Source: Alcaligenaceae bacterium
GTDB taxonomy: Bacteria; Pseudomonadota; Gammaproteobacteria; Burkholderiales; Burkholderiaceae_B
Length of the DNA: 64,000 bases
Assembly (NCBI GenBank): GCA_947378965.1
Contig: CANCMG010000002.1
Coordinates: 5,938 to 69,937, forward strand
Direction of reading: 5' to 3'
This document shows, piece after piece, positions 43,666 to 51,671 of this stretch. Positions within the stretch are counted from its first letter, which is position 1. Each line of letters begins with the position of its first letter. The position numbers and the translations under genes are program-made. A model generated the notes under the pieces. The model did not search any database. It saw only the letters and a program-made list of their open reading frames with translations, and was not told the DNA's origin.

Positions 43666-45270
43666 ATGTTGACTCAATCTATTTTTGGTATGCGCGGCAT
43701 TGCCGTCGCCCCCCATTCACTGGCAGCCGAATCCGCTATTGCTGTGTTACGTGAAGGCGGCAACGCCCTTGAGGCCATGATTGCGGCGGCGGCTACGATT
43801 GCAGTGGTCTACCCCCATATGAACTCGATTGGCGGAGACGGCTTTTGGGTGATTAACGGCCCCAACAACCGCCCCGGCGGCATCGACGCGAGCGGCCGCA
43901 GCGCTCAGGCCGCCTCGCGCGCTTGGTACGCCTCGCGGGGCATCACTTCTAGCATCCCGTTTCGAGGCAGCGTTGCCGCCTTGACGGTGGCGGGCACTAT
44001 CTCTGGGTGGGGTGCCGCATATCAACTCTCAAAACAATGCCTAAATGGCAAGCTACCGCTATCGCGGCTGTTAGCAGATGCAGTTTATTTTGCGCAACAC
44101 GGCATCGCGGTCACACAAAGCCAAGAGGCCTGTACCGCCTTAAAACGCAGTGAACTCGAGCCGCATAGCGGCTTTGCCAGCACCTTCTTGCCGCAGGGCA
44201 TTGTGCCGACAAAGGCAAGTATTTTTAAGCAACCCAAACTAGCTGACACGCTTAGTCTGGTTGCCCAACAAGGCTGCGACACCTTTTATCGTGGCAAGCT
44301 CGCCAAGATGCTCGGCGCCGAACTCGCCGAAGTGGGTAGCCCACTGACGCTGGCAGATTTGAACGCTCATCAGGCAAAGCTGGTCGATCCGCTGCATACT
44401 AAGACTACCCAAGGTCAGCTCTTTAACATGGTGCCGCCATCACAGGGTCTTCTGTCTTTACTGATTCTAGGCATCATGGATCGTATCCACGGCTGGGACC
44501 AAGATCCAGAGGGTGCGGCCTTTATCCATACACAAGTTGAAGCGACGAAACTGGCGTTCAGTATTCGGGATCAATATCTCACTGACCCGGCCTTCATGTC
44601 CGTGGCGCCACAAGATTTATTAACCAGCGCACGCATCGACGCCCTTGCCGCCAGACTTGACACCACTCGGGCCGCGCCCTGGGGCCAAAAAACCTCACCG
44701 GGCGACACCATCTGGATGGGCGTGATCGATCAGGCCGGTATCGCCGTGTCGTTTATTCAAAGCATTTATCACGAGTTTGGCTCGGGGGTAGTCTTGCCGC
44801 ACTCAGGGGTGAACTGGCAAAATCGCGGTTGCAGTTTTTCGCTGAATCCTGGGCATATCAACACCCTTGAACCGGGCAAAAAGCCGTTTCACACTTTAAA
44901 CCCAGCCCTAGCGCAACGCGCCGACGGTGGCGTGATGGTGTATGGCGCGATGGGCGGCGATGGGCAACCCCAAACGCAGGCGACGATTTTTAATCGTGTG
45001 ACGCGTTTTGGTGATCATCCGCAGCTTGCGATTGAACGGCCTCGCTGGCTGCTGGGCCGCACCTGGGGGCAGTCGAGCGATTCGCTCAAGCTTGAAAGTC
45101 GCTTCAGCGCAAACACCATCGATCAACTTCGAGCGCTTGGTCATGACGTTGAAACGATTGGTGCGTGGGATGAAGGCGTGGGGCATGCTGGGATGTTGAT
45201 CCGCCATGCCAACGGCGTGCTCGAGGGGGGCTTTGACCCACGTTCAAACGGGGCGGTGGCCTCTTTTTAG
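43666..45270 (+). CDS. gamma-glutamyltransferase family protein
   Basis: The track starts at TTG 43642. ATG 43666 follows CAGGAG. The autoprocessing/catalytic Thr context is SPGDTIWMGVIDQAGIAVSFIQSIYHEFGSG. Confidence 0.85.
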   Translation: MLTQSIFGMRGIAVAPHSLAAESAIAVLREGGNALEAMIAAAATIAVVYPHMNSIGGDGFWVINGPNNRPGGIDASGRSAQAASRAWYASRGITSSIPFRGSVAALTVAGTISGWGAAYQLSKQCLNGKLPLSRLLADAVYFAQHGIAVTQSQEACTALKRSELEPHSGFASTFLPQGIVPTKASIFKQPKLADTLSLVAQQGCDTFYRGKLAKMLGAELAEVGSPLTLADLNAHQAKLVDPLHTKTTQGQLFNMVPPSQGLLSLLILGIMDRIHGWDQDPEGAAFIHTQVEATKLAFSIRDQYLTDPAFMSVAPQDLLTSARIDALAARLDTTRAAPWGQKTSPGDTIWMGVIDQAGIAVSFIQSIYHEFGSGVVLPHSGVNWQNRGCSFSLNPGHINTLEPGKKPFHTLNPALAQRADGGVMVYGAMGGDGQPQTQATIFNRVTRFGDHPQLAIERPRWLLGRTWGQSSDSLKLESRFSANTIDQLRALGHDVETIGAWDEGVGHAGMLIRHANGVLEGGFDPRSNGAVASF

Positions 45271-45271
45271 G

Positions 45272-45760
45272 TCACAGCCACTTCTGCATAAACAGCGCCT
45301 GACCGGTCGCTGCGCTCAGCGCGTATTGTTCAAAGCCAAAGCGCGCGTACGACTGCTTAGCCACGCTGTTGCCGCTCAAGACCTCAAGCGTCAGTTTGCA
45401 GCAACCCAATTGCTGGGCGTGCTCTTCTAGGGCCTTGAGTAACGCTTGACCGATGCCTTGGCCCCGTTCGGCCGGGTCGACGGCGATGTCGTGTACGTTC
45501 ATCAACGGCCGAGCCTTAAAGGTTGAATAGCCTTGCATCGCATTGAGCAAACCGACAGGTTGCTGATCCAACCAAGCCAGCCAACTGATCGCCCCTGGCA
45601 CCCGAGCCAAGTCATCACATAATCGGGCTTTGACCTCTGCGGCCAAGGGCTCACCCCCGCCCATCGGGTCGCGCGCATACATGTCAAGCACGGCGAGCAA
45701 AGCCAGACGATCAGTCGGATCCAGATAATTCACTTTTTTAACCACAATGCTGCGCTGCAT
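45272..45760 (-). CDS. GNAT-family N-acetyltransferase
   Basis: The acetyl-CoA motif is RGQGIGQALLKALEEHA. The track start 45835 adds an LV-repeat leader that is just translation of a 15-bp tandem repeat. ATG 45760 is preceded by GGAG. Confidence 0.8.
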   Translation of the reverse strand: MQRSIVVKKVNYLDPTDRLALLAVLDMYARDPMGGGEPLAAEVKARLCDDLARVPGAISWLAWLDQQPVGLLNAMQGYSTFKARPLMNVHDIAVDPAERGQGIGQALLKALEEHAQQLGCCKLTLEVLSGNSVAKQSYARFGFEQYALSAATGQALFMQKWL

Positions 45761-45879
45761 GAACACTCCAAACCAGAAAGCAACTAGAACAAGAACAACT
45801 AGAACAAGAACAACAAGAAACAAGGTCGGACTCAATGGTATAACAAGCGGCTAACGGTTTTTGACTAACAAGGATTCTA

Positions 45880-47109
45880 ATGTCTGCACCCCTACCGCTT
45901 GAAGGCCTACGCGTCATTGAGTTTACCCACATGGTGATGGGTCCGACCTGTGGCATGATTTTGGGCGACTTAGGGGCCGAGGTCATTAAGGTTGAGCCTC
46001 TGGCTGGCGACAACACCCGCAAATTGCTTGGCTCGGGGGCTGGTTTTTTTCCGATGTTCAATCGCAATAAAAAGAGCATCGCGATTGATGTCAAAAACCC
46101 GCGCGGTCGAGAAATCGTTTTAAAGCTACTGACCGACGCAGATGTCTTTAGCGAAAACTTTAAAAGCGGCACGATGGATAAATTGGGCTTTGGCTATGAC
46201 GCCTTAAGCAAGCTCAATCCAAAACTCATCTACGTGTCACACAAAGGTTTCTTACCAGGCCCCTACGATCATCGCACAGCGCTTGACGAAGTCGTGCAGA
46301 TGATGGGTGGGTTGGCCTACATGACGGGTCCCGAAGGGCAACCGCTTCGCGCGGGGTCAAGTGTCAACGATATCATGGGCGGTATGTTTGGTGCGATTGG
46401 AGTATTGGCCTCTTTGCAACAGCGCGCACGCACCGGCGAAGGCCAGCAAGTCGCCAGCGCCTTGTTTGAAAATAATGTGTTCTTGGTGGCCCAGCACATG
46501 CTGCAATACGCCGTCACCGGCAAGCCTGCCAACCCGATGCCCAACCGCATTAGCGCGTGGGGAGTTTACGACGTGTTCACAGTCAAAGACGGCGAGCAAA
46601 TATTTTTAGCGGCAGTCAGTGATACCCAATGGGCGATTTTGTGCGAAGAGTTTGGGTTTGATGACTTAAAAAGCGACCCGCGCCTAGGCAGTAATAATGA
46701 TCGAGTGCGTGTGCGCTCGTGGCTCACAGCAGAGCTGCGTAAACGCTTTGCAGACTTTAGCGCAGCTGAGTTGAGTCAGCGCTTTGAGAAAACGGCCCTG
46801 CCCTACGCACCGATTACCCGCCCTCATGATCTGTTTGACGATCCGCACTTGTTAGCCACGGGTGGCTTAGCCCCCATGACGGTTGCGGCTGACAACACCG
46901 GCGCTGGTCGCGAGATCGATACCCGCGTCGCCCTGCTACCGATCGCCCTCAAAGGCGAACGTTTAAGGGTGCGCAAAGCCTCGCCAAAAATTGGTGCTGA
47001 CACGATTGAGATCTTGCAATCGGCGGGCTACACCCAGCAAGAGATCGAAGAGTTACATCGGGCGGGGGTGATCGGGACGCAACCTGAATCGGAGGCTGAG
47101 ACGCCCTAA
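45880..47109 (+). CDS. family III CoA-transferase (CaiB/BaiF)
   Basis: 409 aa with PLEGLRVIEFTHMVMGPTCGMILGDLGAEVIKVE. Confidence 0.85.
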   Translation: MSAPLPLEGLRVIEFTHMVMGPTCGMILGDLGAEVIKVEPLAGDNTRKLLGSGAGFFPMFNRNKKSIAIDVKNPRGREIVLKLLTDADVFSENFKSGTMDKLGFGYDALSKLNPKLIYVSHKGFLPGPYDHRTALDEVVQMMGGLAYMTGPEGQPLRAGSSVNDIMGGMFGAIGVLASLQQRARTGEGQQVASALFENNVFLVAQHMLQYAVTGKPANPMPNRISAWGVYDVFTVKDGEQIFLAAVSDTQWAILCEEFGFDDLKSDPRLGSNNDRVRVRSWLTAELRKRFADFSAAELSQRFEKTALPYAPITRPHDLFDDPHLLATGGLAPMTVAADNTGAGREIDTRVALLPIALKGERLRVRKASPKIGADTIEILQSAGYTQQEIEELHRAGVIGTQPESEAETP

Positions 47110-47313
47110 CTGACAACACATTACCCTAAGCCACACGTTTTACGCGGAACAACAATGCAAAGATAAATGATGCCGAACAAGGCTGAAAACCCAGGCCGTT
47201 CATCAGTTATTTAAGTTCACCCACCATCATTTAGTCAGTACTCATCACATTTAGTCAGTACTTTTCATTTTTTATTTTTCATTTTTCATTTTTCATTTTT
47301 TGCCGGAGCATTC

Positions 47314-48114
47314 ATGGACTTACATCTCACCAACCAACACGTTTTAATCACTGGCGGTAGCAAAGGTATTGGCCTGGCCTGTGCCAAAGTTTTTTTAGAA
47401 GAAGGCGCGAAGGTTAGCCTTGTGTCACGTGATCAAGCCAACCTTGAAGCTGCGAAAGCTACCTTGGTTGCACAAATGCCCGGTGTTGCTGCGCGCATCG
47501 CCGTGTTTGCGGCCGATTTGAAAAGCGATGCCTCTGCACTGGCTGCCTTAGATGCGGCTGAAAAAGCCATGGGCCCAGTGGATGTGTTGGTGAACTCTGC
47601 CGGTGCAGCCGCACGCAAGGCCGCGCCCGACTTAACTCCTGAAGCCTGGCGCAATGCCATGGACGCCAAGTTCTTTACTTACGTCAACATGATGGATCCC
47701 GTGATCAAACGCATGGGCGCCCGTCGCAAAGGCGTGATCGTTAACGTGGTGGGTGCGGGTGGCAAAGTGCCTTCAACGGTACATATCTCGGGTGGTAGCG
47801 CCAATGCAGCGCTGATGCTGGCTAGCGCAGGCTTAGCAGCCGCCTATGCACCAATGGGGATTCGCGTCAACGCTGTGAACCCCGCAGCGACACTGACTGA
47901 GCGCTTGAAAGAAGGCATCAAAGTCACTGCCAATCACGAAAAAATCAGCGAAGCTGAGGCGTTAAAACAAGCGACCGCCAAGGTGCCACTCGGACGTTTA
48001 GCGACACCAGAAGAAGTCGCTGATACTGTCGTGTATCTAGCCTCTGACCGCGCCAGCTATGTCACCGGCACGATCATCACGATGGACGGCTCAGCCAATC
48101 CAATCGTGGTTTAG
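47314..48114 (+). CDS. SDR-fold protein (classical cofactor motifs, catalytic triad apparently not conserved)
   Basis: 266 aa with TGGSKGIGLA and LVNSAG. In my by-eye alignment to FabG, the Ser/Tyr/Lys positions read Gly/Gly/Asn (VVGAGG...ISGGSANAAL). Confidence 0.7.
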   Translation: MDLHLTNQHVLITGGSKGIGLACAKVFLEEGAKVSLVSRDQANLEAAKATLVAQMPGVAARIAVFAADLKSDASALAALDAAEKAMGPVDVLVNSAGAAARKAAPDLTPEAWRNAMDAKFFTYVNMMDPVIKRMGARRKGVIVNVVGAGGKVPSTVHISGGSANAALMLASAGLAAAYAPMGIRVNAVNPAATLTERLKEGIKVTANHEKISEAEALKQATAKVPLGRLATPEEVADTVVYLASDRASYVTGTIITMDGSANPIVV

Positions 48115-49094
48115 CTTTTTTGCATACGGATATATTGCTCGATCACAGCCTGATACGACGTATCGGGCTGCAGTCCAAAACGATGGGTGCGCTCGCAATC
48201 AAACTTTGAGGGCCAGCCACCCACAATTTTTTCAATGGCCGGATCAGGTTTGACGGTCACAAGGCTGGCAACCTCTTTGCCCGCGACCTTCTCAAGCGCC
48301 TCAAGCATTTGGCCCACCGTCACAGTCAAGGCCGGTAAATTCAACGCCGTACGGCCACCAAAGGCCTCGCGCGTCGCCTCTGCAACCGCCAAAATCCCAG
48401 CGATCGTAGTCTCGGGCGAGGATAACGCCACAGCAGTGGACAACTCAACCGGGCACACCGAGGCAACACCTGCCAAAGGTTCACGCACGATGCCGGACAA
48501 AAAACTTGACGCCGCGCCGTTGGGCTTGCCTGGGCGCACCGAGACGGTCATCAAGCGCGCTACGCGACCATCAATAAACCCCTTGCGGGTGTAATCGGCA
48601 ATGAGTTGTTCACAAATGAATTTGTGAATCCCGTAGCTTGACTGGGGCGTTGGTAAGGTGCCATCGCGCACCACGGCGCCTAAGGGGATCGCAGGATCTG
48701 AACCAAACACGGCAACCGAGCTGGCAAAGAAAAATAACGCCGCCTGACCTGTTCGAGTGTGTTGGGCCCGAACCGCATCAAGCATGCGCCGGGTAGCATC
48801 TAAGTTTGAGCGCAAGCCTAAATCAAAATCCGCTTCGCATTCACCCGATACCGCTGAAGACAGGTGAAACACTGCGTCGTAGTCTTTTTCAAAAAGGCTG
48901 TCGATACGTTTAAGCAAATCACCCGCGTCGACCTTAACCAGCGGATGATTAGCGATCTCTGCAGCGCGAGGTGCCGCTAGATCGGTAATCGTCAGTGAGG
49001 TCAGTGCTCGACCTTGCAGCGCGCCGCGTTTGAGCAATGCTCGGGTCAACAACGTACCTAAAAAGCCAGCGCCGCCAGTAATGAGAATGTTCAT
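48111..49094 (-). CDS. denD: NAD-dependent epimerase/dehydratase family protein, probably D-erythronate dehydrogenase-like
   Basis: MNILITGGAGFLGTLL from ATG 49094 (the track starts at 49124). It lies in an operon with otnC-like and otnK-like genes, the known DenD context. Confidence 0.6.
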   Translation of the reverse strand: MNILITGGAGFLGTLLTRALLKRGALQGRALTSLTITDLAAPRAAEIANHPLVKVDAGDLLKRIDSLFEKDYDAVFHLSSAVSGECEADFDLGLRSNLDATRRMLDAVRAQHTRTGQAALFFFASSVAVFGSDPAIPLGAVVRDGTLPTPQSSYGIHKFICEQLIADYTRKGFIDGRVARLMTVSVRPGKPNGAASSFLSGIVREPLAGVASVCPVELSTAVALSSPETTIAGILAVAEATREAFGGRTALNLPALTVTVGQMLEALEKVAGKEVASLVTVKPDPAIEKIVGGWPSKFDCERTHRFGLQPDTSYQAVIEQYIRMQKS

Positions 49095-49120
49095 CGTTTT
49101 TTCCATGTTTGTGCGCCCTA

Positions 49121-49238
49121 CCAAAATGCCTTGAACGCTTCGCGCAAGGCTTGAATCTTACCAAGACACATTGAACGTTTCGCGCAAGGCTTGACCTTAC
49201 CAAGACACCTTAAACGTTTCGCGCAAGGCTTGATCTTA
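49121..49238. repeat. three extra tandem copies (40, 39, 39 bp) of the last 36 nt plus stop codon of the upstream aldolase-family gene
   Basis: Units are CCAAAATGCCTTGAACGCTTCGCGCAAGGCTTGAATCTTA, CCAAGACACATTGAACGTTTCGCGCAAGGCTTGACCTTA and CCAAGACACCTTAAACGTTTCGCGCAAGGCTTGATCTTA. A fourth copy (49239..49273) is the genuine 3' end of the gene. Confidence 0.95.
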
Positions 49239-49922
49239 CCAAGACACCTTAAACGTTTCGCGCAAGGCTTGAATGGCGGCTTCGCTAAGTGGTTGTGCCG
49301 TGCACTGTCCGCGTAGCCAAAGCTTAGCGGTTTCTTCAAGTTCTTCTAGCGTGGCCATCGCTGCCGCAGGTGTCGCCCCCCACACCTGAGGACCCAAGCG
49401 ATCGCACATCACCGCACGCAGTGTTAAGCCTCGTGCCTGGTATTGCGCAACACGTTGCGCCAGGTGCTCAGCCACCTGGGCATCACCCGGCAAAAAATAG
49501 GGGATGAGAGGGACATGCCCAACTTTCATCACGTAATACGGCGTCAAAGGCGGCACAATATCCTCAGGGTGCCACACCCCGCGCAACGTGAGATCAACCA
49601 AATAAGATGAATGCGTATGCACCACGCAACCTGCATGGGGTACACAGGAATAGATACGGCGATGTAAGGCTAAGGTTTTACTCGCACGGTCACCTGAAAT
49701 TTGTTGGCCTTGCTCGTTGACCCATGCCAAGGTGTCAGGTTCAAGAAACCCAAGGCAAGCGTCAGTCGGGGTAATTAAAAATCCCCCTCCCTGCTCTGCA
49801 GGCACGCGCACGCTGATGTTGCCGGTCGAGCCATGAACGTATCCACGATCGAACAGGCTTTTGCCAATCCGGCAAACTTCGTCTCGTAAAAATTTGTCCG
49901 GCGCTTGGGTAGATTCAGTCAT
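49236..49922 (-). CDS. otnC: class II aldolase/adducin-family protein, 3-oxo-tetronate 4-phosphate decarboxylase-like
   Basis: ATG 49922 (MTESTQAPDKFLRDEVCRIGKSLFDRGYVHGSTGNISVR) is preferred over track start 49997. It has the HTHS metal site and lies adjacent to a DUF1537 kinase. Confidence 0.7.
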   Translation of the reverse strand: MTESTQAPDKFLRDEVCRIGKSLFDRGYVHGSTGNISVRVPAEQGGGFLITPTDACLGFLEPDTLAWVNEQGQQISGDRASKTLALHRRIYSCVPHAGCVVHTHSSYLVDLTLRGVWHPEDIVPPLTPYYVMKVGHVPLIPYFLPGDAQVAEHLAQRVAQYQARGLTLRAVMCDRLGPQVWGATPAAAMATLEELEETAKLWLRGQCTAQPLSEAAIQALRETFKVSW

Positions 49923-50044
49923 GCTGTAAACATTTTTAAAAGATGTGGATGAGTTTAGTGATGCCGAAAAAATTTTTTTAATATGAGTATGAGTCAAGTC
50001 AGACTGTCAAAATTTGTTCAAGGCGTGGGTGAATTCAATGATGT

Positions 50045-51325
50045 TCAAGCAATGCAATGAAACGCTTTGGTGAAGAAATCGGGTGTACCAAAGTTGCCTG
50101 ATTTCAAGGTGATGTGCAAGGTCTTGTTAGACACCGCAGTGTGGCCCGCGCACCAAGGCACCCCGGGATCAATCTGTGCGCCGATTTGTAATTGCGTCAT
50201 CCCCAGCGCTTGCACCACAGCACCAGACGTTTCGCCGCCAGCAACAATCAACTGTCCAACGCCTAGTCGCACCAAGCCGACGGCGATACCTGCCAACGTT
50301 TGTTCAACCAGTTGACCAGCTCTCTGCACACCGAGCTGCTCTTGAATACTTTTGAGTGCCTCGGGCTCGGCGGTTGAATACACCAACACTGGTCCCTTGG
50401 CTAGATACGTTTGGCATAAGGCAAGCGCCTCATTCACCACCTGCTTAACAGCCTGAGCGCCTTGCTGCAAACCCAAGGGATCTACTGCAATGACTGGTAG
50501 ACCCATTGCACGAAACGCCGCGACCTGCGCGTTGGTCGCGCGCGAGCAGCTACCCGATACAATCGCTTGCAAACCAGTTGCCGGAGGCAAAGAAGACGCC
50601 TGCGCATTGGGTGCGATACCAAAATTAGCGGGCAAGCCAATCGCCACACCTGAGCCTGCAGTCACCAAGGGCATATCCGACAGCGCAGCACCCAAGCGCA
50701 GTAAGTCAGCGTTGCTGACGGCGTCAACCACTGCGATGGCCACCCCTTCGGCGCGTAAGGCTGCAATGCGAGCACGGATCGCGGCCTCGCCTTGCGCGAC
50801 GATGGTGTAGTCAATTAAACCAACTTGACGGCGCGTTTGAGGCGCTAACACGCGCACAAGATTCGGATCCGTCATGGGGGTGAGCGGATGATCTTGCATA
50901 CCGCTCTCGTGGAGCAGTACAGCGCCAACAAATAAGTAACCTTTAAAAACGGTACGCCCTGCATCCGGAAACGCCGGTGTTGCAATCGTGAAGTCGGTTT
51001 GCAACGCGGCCATCAGTGCGTCAGTGACTGGGCCGATATTGCCTGTCGCCGTCGAATCAAAGGTCGAACAATATTTGAAATAAATTTGTTGCGCGCCCTG
51101 TGCCTGCAGCCATGTCAAAGCCGCTACCGACTGCGTACAAGCCTGCTCGGGCTCAATCGTGCGCGACTTCAGCGATACCACCACGGCATCCACCTCGGCT
51201 TGCAGTGGTTGCGTGGGGACCCCGATGGTCTGCACCACTCGCATGCCCGCGCGTACGAGGTTATTCGCTAGATCAGTCGCGCCAGTGAAGTCGTCGGCAA
51301 TGCAGCCCAGTAAGATTTTTTTCAT
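50045..51325 (-). CDS. otnK: four-carbon acid-sugar kinase (DUF1537 family)
   Basis: MKKILLGCIADDFTGATDLANNLVRAGMRV is the family N-terminal signature. ATG 51325 is preferred over the track's TTG 51340. Confidence 0.8.
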   Translation of the reverse strand: MKKILLGCIADDFTGATDLANNLVRAGMRVVQTIGVPTQPLQAEVDAVVVSLKSRTIEPEQACTQSVAALTWLQAQGAQQIYFKYCSTFDSTATGNIGPVTDALMAALQTDFTIATPAFPDAGRTVFKGYLFVGAVLLHESGMQDHPLTPMTDPNLVRVLAPQTRRQVGLIDYTIVAQGEAAIRARIAALRAEGVAIAVVDAVSNADLLRLGAALSDMPLVTAGSGVAIGLPANFGIAPNAQASSLPPATGLQAIVSGSCSRATNAQVAAFRAMGLPVIAVDPLGLQQGAQAVKQVVNEALALCQTYLAKGPVLVYSTAEPEALKSIQEQLGVQRAGQLVEQTLAGIAVGLVRLGVGQLIVAGGETSGAVVQALGMTQLQIGAQIDPGVPWCAGHTAVSNKTLHITLKSGNFGTPDFFTKAFHCIA

Positions 51326-51671
51326 GATGTGCGCAGACAAGATTGAACAGAACTCTCGATCAAAGAGTATAGCCTTGGCGTCACGCAGCCTCTGGCGGGT
51401 TGATTCCCTCTTCGTGGCACAGCCTTACTTAGTGAATCTCCTCTTGGTGGCACAGCCCTCCGCTTAGTGCATCCCCCCCTTGATTGCACAACCTCCAGCT
51501 CAGGACATCCCTGCGTCTCATCTGACCGAAAATTGCTCTGGGCGGCGCGGGTATTCCCCTGTCACAACTGCAGGAAAATTTGTCAAAATTAGCTAAACTA
51601 AACTAAATAAATCAACACCTCGCTGCGGTTGTTGCATTGCAAAACAACCAAATGCACAGAGACAAAAAACT

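Noticed and set aside
45738-46172. 144-aa minus-strand ORF, and the 25-aa LV-repeat extension of the GNAT ORF (45761..45835)
   Set aside because: The former is antisense to the CoA-transferase start. The latter is simply translation of the 15-bp tandem repeat. An RBS-supported ATG at 45760 gives a normal-length GNAT.
49118-49339. 73-aa minus-strand ORF (KPCAKRLRCLGK repeats)
   Set aside because: It is an artefact of reading the 39-bp repeat array in the wrong frame and overlaps the genuine otnC-like 3' end.
51415-51460. TGGCAC motifs as sigma-54 (-24/-12) promoters
   Set aside because: Neither TGGCAC has a GC dinucleotide at the required GG-N10-GC spacing, nor a TTGC element 4-5 nt downstream. 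No enhancer-binding protein gene is nearby.
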